DNA of 64,000 bases. It comes from Tubiluchus corallicola (taxonomy: Eukaryota; Animalia; Priapulida). The notes beneath the pieces are model-generated. The model had not been told where the DNA came from, did no database searches, and saw only the letters and a list, made by a program, of their open reading frames with translations. Location of the stretch: positions 1 to 64,000 of the forward strand of contig JAQGDQ010000510.1 in NCBI GenBank assembly GCA_030141605.1. The letters are read 5' to 3'. The stretch's first letter is position 1; every line of letters starts with the position of its first letter. Below are positions 52,815-64,000 of this stretch, piece by piece. A program made the translations under genes and the position numbers.

Positions 52815-55348
52815 GGGTGGATATTGACCAACTGACCAGGCAGAGAGATAAACAAGATGTCAGAGTAACAAAGGCAATGTCCGGTGCAGAATGTTGGACA
52901 GACCACCGGCTTATACTGTCCAAACTAAACATCAGAATCCACCCCTCAAGAAGACCGCAGGGAAAACGGGCACCCAAGCGGCTGAATAACTCCAAGCTGA
53001 AAATGGAAAACGTCAGGCAATCACTCATGAATGTCAGATAGATTAGAGGCATTGGATAATAGTTATCTAGACCATTAAACTCAATGGAAAGCCCTTAGTT
53101 ATACCATTTACTCCTCTGCACTAGAAACCATTGGGCCATGCACCAGAAAACGCCAAGACTGGTTTGAGGAACACAACGATCACATCCAGACCCTACTAAA
53201 TGAAAAGCACCAATGTCACAGAGCTTTTATAAACAACCCCAAGTGTCCAGCAAAGAAAACTGCCTTCACCAATGCCAAAAGAAAAGTCCAAAAGGAGCTC
53301 AGAGCCATGCAGGACTCCTGGCTAAGTGCAAAAGCTGACCAAATTCAAACCTTCGCAGACAGAAAGGATGAAAAGAACTTTTATCAGGCTATCAAAGCTA
53401 TTTACGGACCAAGTCCAAGTCTGGCACAACACCAATTCTCAGTGCCGATAGTTCAACCCTCCTCACTGAAAATGATAAGATTCTCCAACGCTGGGCTGAA
53501 CACTTCAACATCATTCTAAATCGACCATCCTCAACAAATGACGAGGCCATAGAAAGACTACCCCAAGTCCCTACCAACAGATCTCTTGAAAATCCCCCAT
53601 CAGAGAAAGAGGTAGAGAAAGCCATAAAGAGCCTGTCCAGCGGCAAAGCACCTGGCGCTGACTCCATCCCAGCTGAAATATATGAAAACGGCGGCCCTAA
53701 ACTACAGACGAAACTGACGGAGCTGTTCCAATTTATGTGGAAACAAGAAAAACTACCGCAAGACTTCAAAGATGCCACAATCATCCACCTCTATAAGCGG
53801 AAAGGAAACAGACAGCAGTGCAACAATCACAGGGGCATCTCACTCCTATCGATTGCTGGCAAAATCCTGGCAAGAATTCTGCTAGATCGTCTCAACGCAC
53901 ACCTAGAGAAAGATCTTCTACCTGAAAGTCAGTGTGGATTTAGACAGGGACGCAGCACAGTTGATATGATCTTTGCAGTGCGGCAGCTGCAAGAAAAATC
54001 CAGAGAACAGAATGTCAACCTACTGACAACCTTCGTTGACCTCACTAAGGCCTTCGACACCGTGTCTCGCGAAGGACTCTGGAAAGTCATGGCTAAATTT
54101 GGATGCCCTGATAAGTTTATAAAGCTGGTCAGAGAATTCTATGATGGTATGCAAGCGAGAGTTCAGGACAACGGGAAATATTCAGACCCATTCGCAGTCT
54201 CCAATGGCGTAAAACAGGGCTGTGTGCTGGCACCGACTCTCTTCAACATGATGTTCTCCGCAATGCTCACCGATGCATACAGAGACAAGAATGTCGGTAT
54301 TGACATCCGTTACAGGACAGATGGAAAACTTTTCAATCTTCGCAGACTGCAGGCCAAGACCAAAGTCAAAGAAGACACCATCCGTGACCTCTTATTTGCA
54401 GACGACTGCGCTCTCAATGTCACCTCAGAGCAAGACATGCAGCAAAGTGTTAACCTCTTTGCACAGGCATGCGATGATTTTGGCCTCACTATTAACACAA
54501 AAAAGACAGCACATATGTAGAACCAACCATCACTATCAAAAATGAGAAATTGTTGGCAGCCAACAAGTTCGTTTACTTGGGTAGCACCCTATCAAGATCA
54601 GCTACCATTGATGATGAAGCAGCCTTCAGAATATCAAGAGCCAGTGCAACCTTGGGAAACCTAAGCACAAAATGCTAGGAAAGACGAGGCATCAAGCTGT
54701 CAACTAAACTCAAGGTCTACCATGCTGTAGTCATTCCATCCTTGCTGTATGCCTGCGAGTCGTGGACAGTCTATAGTCGCCATGCCAGGCAACTAAACTC
54801 CTTCCACCTGCGTTGTCTAAGACAACTCCTCAAGATCAGCTGGCAGGACTTTATACCAGACACTGAAGTCCTCGAGAGAGCACAATCCATCAGTGTTCAT
54901 GCAATGCACAACTGAAATGGGCTGGACATGTTCGACGTATGGAAGATCACAGACTGCCAAAGAGACTCATGTACTGCGAGCTGAAAGAAGGGAAACGGTC
55001 AGTTGGAGGGCAACGGAAAAGATACAAAGACACCCTCAAAGCCAGCCTGAAAGAATGCAACATCAATGTCGACTCCTAGGAAGACACAGGAGAGATCTCG
55101 TTGGCAGTCCCTCACCAAATCGGGAGTGACCAACTATGAGTCCAGGCGCATCCAAGTTAGGAGAAAAGACAGCTTCGAAAAGACAGACAACGCAATGCCT
55201 ATCAAGATACACCATTCTCATGTCCTCATTGCAGAAGGAGGTTCTCAGCAAGAATCGGGCTTATAAGCCACCTCCGTACCCATCCTATGGTGTCAGAATG
55301 AAGTCATGGTCCTCTTCGACTATGAAGGACGAACAACAACAACAACAA
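52815..55348 (+). mobile_element. RTE-clade LINE, 5'-truncated and frameshifted
   Basis: End of APE endonuclease (ECWTDHRLI); RT (LPESQCGFR, FVDLTKAFDTV, GVKQGCVLAPTLF, LLFADD); C-terminal C2H2 finger CPHCRRRFSARIGLISHLRTH; 3' hairpin 55309-55330; (AAC)n tail. Confidence 0.96.
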
Positions 55349-56291
55349 GTTTACTAAACAATGTCTTGGTAGCTTGCCATGCCCATCGAGGCTGATCCAC
55401 GCGCAATCTTCACGAGCCACAGTCACCACCACAACAAGCAACGATAATCAGCCACCAGCTAAAATCACTATCATAAACAGACTTTATTTGACTGTCATGC
55501 AGATGTGCCGATGTTTTAATTGGAGAATTATTTAAAGTTAGTTGAAGAAATTATCAGTCAATCATCAAACAAATTTAAAATGATTAAGTTGCTAAGTAAA
55601 ATAGTATTATATCATCACATTATACTTGAATGAAATAGTTATACTGCCATCTCAGTAGTGCTTTCATTCATTAAATGACGGCTCGATTGATTGACCATTA
55701 CGGTCTTCGCTATCCTTTTCTGTTATAATATTTAAACATATTTTATTTGTCTAGTTCATATCGTGTATGCGGAAGTAAACGTAGGTTCGAATTGAACTGA
55801 AAATTATACGGGATGGCCTAAAAGAGACGTGACATTATACTTATAGTTTATATTTTCGTAAATTTAGTTGCAGATGACTTTATTATCAATATTCAGTCCG
55901 TGTATACGTTATGTATGATTGATCGGTATGGTGTAGGGAGTGACGACCCTAATTGACGTTTAAATCAGAATTTGCGATTGTTCTATTCAGTAAGGTCTTT
56001 GCGCGATAGTTAGTATCCTTTCTTGGTGTACCGTAGCGTCAAAGTTCAATTTGTTTTGAGCTTAAAATACCTCCGAATTCATGTGATTCGGAATGGATTT
56101 GTAAACTCACGCAGAACAAAACATTTAAATGAGAAGAGTTGAACTCTTAGTGGGTAATTTTTCTGATAGTAAGAAGGATGAGCGTATCTATCCGACTATC
56201 TTTTTTTTAAAGTGGAGATAATAACATGTCCTTCTTTCTGACGGTTTGGAGCAACTAGTTATGCGATAAAATTACTCGTATTCTTGATCGT

Positions 56292-56404
56292 GACTACGGC
56301 CAAATCATGTTGAAAACACCGGTTCTCGTCTGATCACCGAAGTTAAGCAACGTTGAGCCTGGTTAGTACTTGGATGGGTGACCGCTTAGGGATACCAGGT
56401 GCTG
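56292..56404 (+). rRNA. 5S rRNA-derived sequence (SINE head or pseudogene, not a complete gene)
   Basis: GACTACGGCC...GAAGTTAAGCAACG (box A)...GGATGGGTGACC (box C)...GGTGCTG. The last ~7 nt and the oligo-T terminator are missing. Confidence 0.92.
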
Positions 56405-56836
56405 GCGTGATGTCCACACTGTATCTAGACACTAGGTGGAGGAGCTGCACAAGCAGCCAATGGTTAGTGGGTGGAGGAGGTCAAGTGACACAACGGCCAT
56501 GTGTAGAGGAGGAGTAAACCTTCCAAATCAGGAGTGGAGCCCCGAAGGCGGGCCTGTGCAGCATGTTCACTGATTCCGGCAGCTCCTGCAGCCAACCGGT
56601 GCCAAACGTATCGCTCTGCTTTCCTTTGGACTACACCAGGGAGGAAGAGAGGGGATTCCTGTTGTCTGGGCAACTCAGGATCTCCATACACCTTGCCCAG
56701 GCGTGAGCCCTGGAGACGTTCAAGGATCGCACTGCTCAGCCACAGTCGACGCTGCAGCTCCATCAATGTGATCAATAACTGACTCTTTTGGTGCACACTC
56801 CATTGTCTTCCGAGACAGAAGGATGCCAACCAATTA
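56292..56836 (+). mobile_element. 5S-headed chimeric SINE (SINE3-type) with RTE-like body and tail
   Basis: 5S head; GC-rich body resembling RTE 5'UTRs; tail ccattgtcttccgagacagaaggatgccaac with a tgtct/agaca hairpin; candidate TSD attcttgatcgt (56280-56291) / attctggatctt (56837-56848). Confidence 0.72.
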
Positions 56837-58174
56837 ATTCTGGATCTTTTAACTTTTCTCGTCTGCTGAGAAATCTAATCACTTGTATGCCACTCTATGT
56901 ACATCCTGTAACGGATTCACGCTGAACACCGGATTCGCTAAAATCAGTGGGATGCAGCAGTACCACGGTACCCATACACGAGCCGCCATCGATGATGAAA
57001 GAAATCTGTCTTTTTGCACAGAGGTTCCGGTGGATCCATGCCATAGCCATAGCGGCAGTTCAGTGCTGTTCTGCTTCCTATCTAAGATGCTGGTTCGAGT
57101 CCCCTGGGGGCAGCTGAGGACCCGCCTGTACCCTTCTACCCTGCTAATGGTGCTGAACTCTCGGCCACAATACGAGAAAAATGTAGCAAAAGTTGAATTA
57201 TTGACTTTAGTTAGCTCGCCAGATATCTGATCCATTGCGCTCCATGCTAGTTGTTATTTGGAACGGGTGCTGATGTGGAAACCGTATCTGACCATCAGCC
57301 CACTGAACAGACAAGGCTATTCCATACCAGCTACTTATAACTGCTATACAGTGCAGATACTCAATGGCTTCATCATGTATGTAACCGTCATAATGTAGAA
57401 GAGGGGTCAAAAATAAATGGAACTTCGCCCCGTAACAATATAATAATTTTTTGCTGACTTTTACATATGTAGATTAACTTAATTTTAAAGACTGCATAAT
57501 CTTCAGCTGAAAATTTATTGCTAATTAACATTTACCTCATTTTACAGTAATTAACTCTCAGTAATTATTAACTCTCATCCCTGATTAATTCTGTATTAGT
57601 TCGGTTTTGCAATAATAATACATTTTTATCGGAAAGGAAAAGACTAGTATCGTCACCGCTTAAGCGGGTATTAAAATTAGTAGAGATGTGTAAGTCATTT
57701 ATGTAAATTAGAAAAGGAAGTGTTCATGTGTAAAGCCTTACGACACACCACAAGTCATTTCAATAGGATCCGAGAAAGCGTCTGTAATTGTAATTGAGCC
57801 ACGTATACCATAATAATTTAATTTGTGCAACAGAATATCATATTGAACAGTATTGATTGGTCTAAAAGGGCACTGTAAGTAGTTGAGCTTTTGTCATAAT
57901 TTTAATGGTGGCCAATGCAGTTGAATAAGATTTTCCAAAGCCGAAATGGAATTTGGTGTGTCCATTAGGAGATATAGAAAATGCTAAGATGCTTATATGT
58001 TATATTTTCGATATAATTAGAAGTAGGACAAAGGCTAGATATCGCAAGTTGGATGGGTTAGACGGGGGGGGGGGTCTGCTTTACAGACTGCGTTTATTTT
58101 TACCATTTGGCGGTCGTCCATTTTCCGAAAATGTTTGGATTGAGCTGTAAACCAGCCTCAGCTGCAAATAGGTG

Positions 58175-58525
58175 AGAGGTGGTATTTATCAGATCCAAAG
58201 CTTATCAACGGAAAACAAAAAAAAGCCTTTTGGAGCTACTATACAACTATTCACAAAAACAGCAACTTTCTCCTTACAAGGATTTCAATTTGCCAAATTA
58301 TGTTTAAGGCAACCTAAGTCCTTTTCATATTGAGTCTCGGCTCATGTATGTGAAAGTAGTATGTGAAAATCTCCTGTATCAACACATGCTGCATAGCAAC
58401 ACGTTTTCGCGAAGAACACAATCCATTCTATCTGGACTTGGTAATTACAGATAATCCTGAACTTGTCAATTATATTTCAGTTGAACTTTCAGTTGAACTT
58501 GGTAAAAAAAGATCACTGTGTGATA
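58175..58525 (+). mobile_element. CR1-like APE endonuclease fragment
   Basis: GGIY, DFNLP, ATRFREEHNPFYLDLVITDNPELV...LGKKDH. Confidence 0.7.
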
Positions 58526-58899
58526 ACGTAACTTGTGTCAGGTTTACTGATGGTAGCTTGAGTCAATTTTCGTTAGTTTGTTGTCCATTGCAGTGATTTT
58601 ACTTGTTAATTCATGTAGCACTCTCAAGCATTCATTGAGGCATTTTTGCCTGTTTTCTCATCTGAACTTAAGAGACTATTACCTGGTGTAAACGCTGTCC
58701 CTGCTGTATCAGTGTAAACCGCTGTACGCTAGTTGATTGCCTAGTCGATGTTACACGCAGGCAGCTCGATTCCGTCAGCCCACCGCTGTTGTAAGCTTTT
58801 TTGTTTTTTCTATCTCCTATAGGAGCCTCGAAATTTATATTTAAAAAAAATTACACGATATAATGGTCCAAGTTCCTATGACGAAATAACATCCTCATC

Positions 58900-61440
58900 G
58901 CGAACATAATTTTTGATCACTGCATGTCCTAGGTCTGGAATTCCACAAATCACTACCAGTTTGTTTTGGGAACGGGGTAAAAATAATTGTAACCATGATT
59001 ATTTTCTAACAGTATTAAAAATGTTGCTTATAATTGGTTGTACTGAAACTAATCCAGGTCCCTTAAACCAAACCCCCACGCAAAACCACATTGATCTAGA
59101 GCTGGCAGATTTTATGCAAAAACAAAAAGAATTTGAAATTTCGGCTCAATATACAAAGTCTGACAAAAAACATGCATTGCTTAAAGACACAGTTCGTTCA
59201 TCTGAAAATTTAGTGTTGGAATAACCGAAACTTGGCTACACAAGCAAATCCATCCAACTGCCTCATCATACACTCATACGTCGAGACCCTCCCACACGTA
59301 AACTTGGGGGAGGGGTTGCAATGTACATCCCAAAACACATGTCATTTAACGAAGCCAAAGGAATTAAAACTAACAAAATAGAATCAATTTGGTATAATAT
59401 CGAAAACTACATTGTAGGTGTCATTTATAAGCCACCAAATCAAAAATATAAAACTTTTCTAAAACATTTTGAAATTGAACTTGAACGTGCTGTACTTGAA
59501 AATCAACCAGTTTTATTAATGGGGGATTTTAATATCGATATTAATGCAACAAATACTGCTCAGTGCAAAAAGTATAAAGAAGTCTTGGGCCAATATAACA
59601 CGCAAATACTAAACGCAAGTAATAAACTCACAAGAATCACTAAAACATCATCTATAAACAGCTTACGAGAAAATGACAGTATGATATCTGATCCAGTTGA
59701 TATTGCTAACAAATTAAATTCCACATTTATCAATCTCGGAAAATTTGACAACTTGCCATGCCAACATAATGCAAATATACACAATATATACAAAAAACCA
59801 ATCAGTAACACAATCCACTTTCTCATTTACTAGCGTCACAGAATGCGACATCTTTAGAATATTAAACAGTTTAAATATAAATAAAGGAAGTGGACCCTCA
59901 GACATGCCAATAAAGACTGGGCCAGCATCATTACTCCTCATCTAACATATATTACAAACCAAGTCTTAATGCACTCAGAATTTCCAGCAGTGTGTAAACA
60001 AGCAAACATAGCTCCAATATACAAAAGATGCTAAAGATGATGCTAAAAACTACAGACCAATCTCAGTAGTGCACGTACTAGCCAAAGTATTTGAAAGAGT
60101 TATCTACAACCAAATAAACCATTACATTGATAATAATAAATTACTGTCAAATCATCAATTCGGTTCTAGAAAACTACATTCTACAATAGACGCGATAATT
60201 GATGCCACTGAAAAGTGGCGTTACAACTTAAATAAAGATAAATATATAACAGCAGCATTTTTAGATCTAAGTAACACTTTTGACAGCCTCGATCACAATT
60301 TACTACTAGACAACTTACGCCAACTAGAATTCGATTATACTTCTCTCAATCTAATTAATAATTACCTACACAATAGAAAACAAAGAGTTAAGCTGAACAA
60401 ATACACTTTTTCAACATGGGACACACCACTGAGAGGCATCCCGCAAGGTACGATTTTAGGTCCTTTACTCTTTTGCATATACGTTAAAAAATTCATTTAA
60501 TTTTACATAATTCAGACCTAACACAATATGCCGATGATACAACTATCTATACAGACTTTCTAACATCAAAAAATAATCTAGAAAAAGACATAACAAATAT
60601 AAATGCAGCATTTAACTATTTTGGTTTAAAAATGAATAATGATAAGACAGAATTTATGGTAATATCATCCAAATCAAATGACATTACTTCTTCTAATGCA
60701 ACACTAAAAGTAGGTGACTGTTCCATAGAACAAGCAGAAAATGTAAAATTTTTAGGCATTACTGTCGATAATAAACTCACTTGGGATGAACAGTTTCATC
60801 AAATACACAACAAAATGGCATTAAGCACGGCATTCTTATGCCAAACCAGAGGCAATCTAACCAAGAAAACAAAAATTCTCATCTACAAAAGTCTAATATT
60901 ACCACATTATCTGTATGGTTGCACTTTACTTCAAAACGTTAAGAATGAAAACTTTAGAAAACTAAATACAATGCAAAACTACGCACTTAGATTAATTCAT
61001 GGCTACTCTGATAAAACTGCTAAACAACATGCTGCATCTGCAACAAGCTTAAGAACGTCCACAAAAATACCAATATTAGAAGCCTATCGAGATTACAAAA
61101 CACCGATATTTCTTTATAAATATATCAATAAACTGAGCATTCCTTTCAATAAACAATCCCTTATCATTCGTTCCTGATACCACTTTAAACACTAGAACAT
61201 ACAATTTGATTACAGTAAACAATAAATTTGGAAATAACTCTATATCAAAACAGGCTATACATTTAAGGAACTTATTACCCAGTGAAATAAAACAAATAGA
61301 ATCTCTCCACCACTTTAAAAAGAAATTAAAAGAATATCAATATAACAGGTTTCAGCTTCCACATTGTGCATCTGATACTAATTACACAGACTCAACTTTC
61401 ATCTACCCCCGCCCCTGGCTCCATATAACGATATAACGAT
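58900..61440 (+). mobile_element. CR1/L2-group LINE (Daphne/Crack-like), decayed, with 2A-like N-terminal motif and internal deletion
   Basis: LLIIGCTETNPGP; endonuclease GITETWL, GGGVAMYI, VIYKPP, MGDFNID; RT NYRPISV, FLDLSNTFDSLDH, GIPQGTILGPLLF, QYADDT, KFLGITVDNKLTW. Confidence 0.92.
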
Positions 61441-61901
61441 TAAAAATGAAAATTTTTTAAAAGAATTATGTAATGTAATATGTGTTATGTTAGTTTTGTA
61501 ATGTCAAATGCATAAATAGTATAAATGTAATGACTGAAATTTATGTAATGTAACGCATGTTTCTGTTAATTGTGTCATGTCAAATGTATATATAGTGTAT
61601 ATACTGTTAAATTATTAATTCACACAAAGCAATTTAACTTAAACGTATACACAAACTATTCAAACACATTTAAAAAAACAACAAATTTTAAAGTAGAAAA
61701 ACGAAACAAAAAAGCCATAAAATTCGCAAAAAAATTGCGAAAATCGGGCGAACCTCGCACAAATGATTTACGACAAAGACAATGGCGAGAATTCTTTCAC
61801 GACTGTTGAACTTTACCCCTCGGAAACCCTGGCTTTAGCAACTGCAATGTGCACAATATCCCAGATATTTTCGTGCTTTTGAACGTTTGAGCGTTTTTAA
61901 T

Positions 61902-62071
61902 ATGACACGGAAAACAGTCGTGACAAAATTGTTTCTTTTTATATTGTTAAGTTTCATTTGTACAATAGTACTCAATACGTTCGTTTACAACACGTCAAAA
62001 ATTCATTTTGGGTTTGGCTGCAAAGATAATTTAGCAGACCAGTTTGTCACCAAACAGGATGACTACGAAAG
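61902..62071 (+). CDS. Probable first coding exon of a type II membrane (Golgi enzyme-like) protein
   Basis: MTRKTVVTK, hydrophobic LFLFILLSFICTIVL, then a polar stem; ends at AG|GTAAAT donor (62072). No downstream exon identified in the window. Confidence 0.5.
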
Positions 62072-62689
62072 GTAAATACAATGATGCATATTATTCCAAA
62101 ATCGTTGTTGTATAGTTTGTATTATTTAAAAATTTTAATAACAACTATACAAAATAATTTTGCATAATTGCAAAACCCTTTTTCAACGTTGCTAAAAAGA
62201 AATCAAAAAAATTTTTCATGCTTACTGCTTGGTCTCAAAAATTAACACACGAGGACCCATAATACATACATTTGTGTTACACTCATTCAATACAAACAAA
62301 ATCAATATAAAAGCTGAGATTAACAGTTTTTTAAAAGTGTTTAAAAACTGTTTATTAAAGAAAAACTGTAGCCTCAACCTGAAACTATAGTTCAAAACAA
62401 TGGACTCTGTAAAGTATTGAAAACTTTTTTCAATATAAATTTTTTCAAGAATGACATGTCGCTGTCGACGGCGGCATGTACTGGGACAGTCTAACGGCAG
62501 GCTTCCCAAACGGTAACTTCAGGGTCAGACAATTAGGTGACATCAGGCGTGCATTAACTCCATCAACTGAGGAATGCGCTGTATCAAATCCGGCATATCT
62601 GAAGACACTGACAGGAAGACCGACCACAGCTGGTTCTCTGAGAACTACCAATAGTCCATGTAACGACCTGGTCGCCTCCACCATAAATG

Positions 62690-62950
62690 ACAAAGTCTCT
62701 AGGGGCTTCCTAAATAACGGACAGCCTAGACCACAAAGACTGAGTATAACCATTGTAGAAGTACTCTGTTTCTACTGAGGAAATGCCATTAATAAATGCA
62801 ATATTATCCTTTAAACCAAGAATTGATAAAATTCTAGTAGAGCAACCATATTGCAAAGCACCATCTTTCGCATCCGGCCTAGTTTTTCCAGGTAAATCAG
62901 TTTGCTCTAAGCTGAGTGGCTGCATATCATGTAAAGGTTGGTTCATCACC
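62690..62950 (-). mobile_element. Possible very decayed LINE RT remnant
   Basis: LQYG..RILSIL..IAFINGISS...GYTQ / GLGCPLF loosely follows the RT region leading to GxPQGxxLGPxLF. Confidence 0.3.
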
Positions 62951-63789
62951 TAAATCTGACCAATCAAGCAGATCATAAAGAGCAGCAGCTGTGAATGTCC
63001 TATCTATCTCCACTCATGACTAGTGGTCAAACTTGCCAAATAAGGAAGCACACCTGTCATGTTCATGTGTGTTGTTGTAGCGTGGCACACTTGGTGTATG
63101 GTGGTGTTACGGCTGCTTGTCTAGGGGTATGGTGGCACACACTCACATTTGTTAGTCTTGAAGACCAACAATGATTTACAATTGCGGATCCATGTGTACA
63201 ATTAAGCTAATTTTAGCAAGTTATAGTGAGACAGTGTGTTTGTTCATGTGTAGGTGTATTGTCATAATGCACAACCAGAATAATTCAAAAGCAAAGTCAA
63301 AGTTAAATGTTATATTTTATATTTTATAGTTTAATTTTATATTTTGCATTAAATAAGAATCTAACCAGAACATTTCAGTTCATCTGTGAGCATAATGCAC
63401 TACAGGTATCTGTGGTCTCTCTGGTGCACTTGCCCTGGTCTCCTAGAGTTTAACACTGTGCAACCAACTCAAGACAGGAGAGCCTTCCATTTACATGCCA
63501 ACCTGCTGTCTACACAACACTGCTCCACTAGTAGAGAACAGCGTAACTACACTTATTCAGTATGGCACTATACTTGTTCAGTATCTATGACTATGGAAGC
63601 AGGTCTATGACTAGCTTTATCCAAGCCAGAGACTCTCCTGGCAGGGTTACCTGACATAGTTAAAACTTGTGTATCTCTACACTGGTCCTGTGCATATGCT
63701 GCACCTTACTTACTAGAACCTGTGCATTTTCTGCATTGGACTTAGTAAATAGCACTTACCTTGTTCAGCTAGTAAGAACAGCTGCTAAG

Positions 63790-64000
63790 TCCTTCTGCTT
63801 ATCTACCAGGGCTGCTTATTCAGCAGTGTTGCTTATTCAGCAAGGCTGCTTATTCAGCAGTGGCTGCTTATTCAGCAAGGCTGCTTATTCAGCAGTGGCT
63901 GCTTATTCAGCAAGGCTGCTTGTTCAGCAGTGTTGCTTATCCAGCAGGGTTGCTTATTCAGCAGTGTTGCTTATTCAGCACTGCTGCTTATTCAGCAGTG
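63790..64000. repeat. 16-18-bp self-complementary minisatellite (GGCTGCTTATTCAGCAGT), running off the window
   Basis: Tandem ctgcttattcagca units. Confidence 0.95.

Noticed and set aside
53398-55251. Antisense and alternative-frame ORFs over the RTE
   Set aside because: Shadow frames of the retrotransposon ORF
56292-56411. Functional 5S rRNA gene
   Set aside because: The 3' strand of helix I is incomplete, there is no oligo-T terminator, several substitutions are present, and it is not in a tandem array

Overview
Eukaryotic, AT-rich, repeat-dense window, most likely from an invertebrate animal (judged from the 5S rRNA sequence, the LINE clades and a CHST-type sulfotransferase). Bases 1-33 kb contain no convincing genes. 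They are a mosaic of about ten tandem-repeat families, an orientation-flipping ~20-bp satellite, fold-back elements and two local segmental duplications; one duplication preserves both the filled and the empty site of a composite non-autonomous Helitron (16643-18501). Bases 33-64 kb contain two clear Golgi-type enzyme genes (an intronless GT-A glycosyltransferase at 37041-38072 and a carbohydrate sulfotransferase at 44015-44992) and a probable first exon of a third type II membrane protein (61902-62071). They also hold many decayed transposons (RTE, RTE-X, CR1/L2, Ginger/KRBA2-like, Tc1/mariner). The most notable items are a 5S-rRNA-headed chimeric SINE with an RTE-like body and tail and a candidate TSD (56292-56836), the two-module Helitron, and a non-canonical 2A-like (StopGo) motif in a LINE. 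Most ORFs in the supplied track are artefacts of repeats. Family assignments rest on recalled motifs, not database searches.
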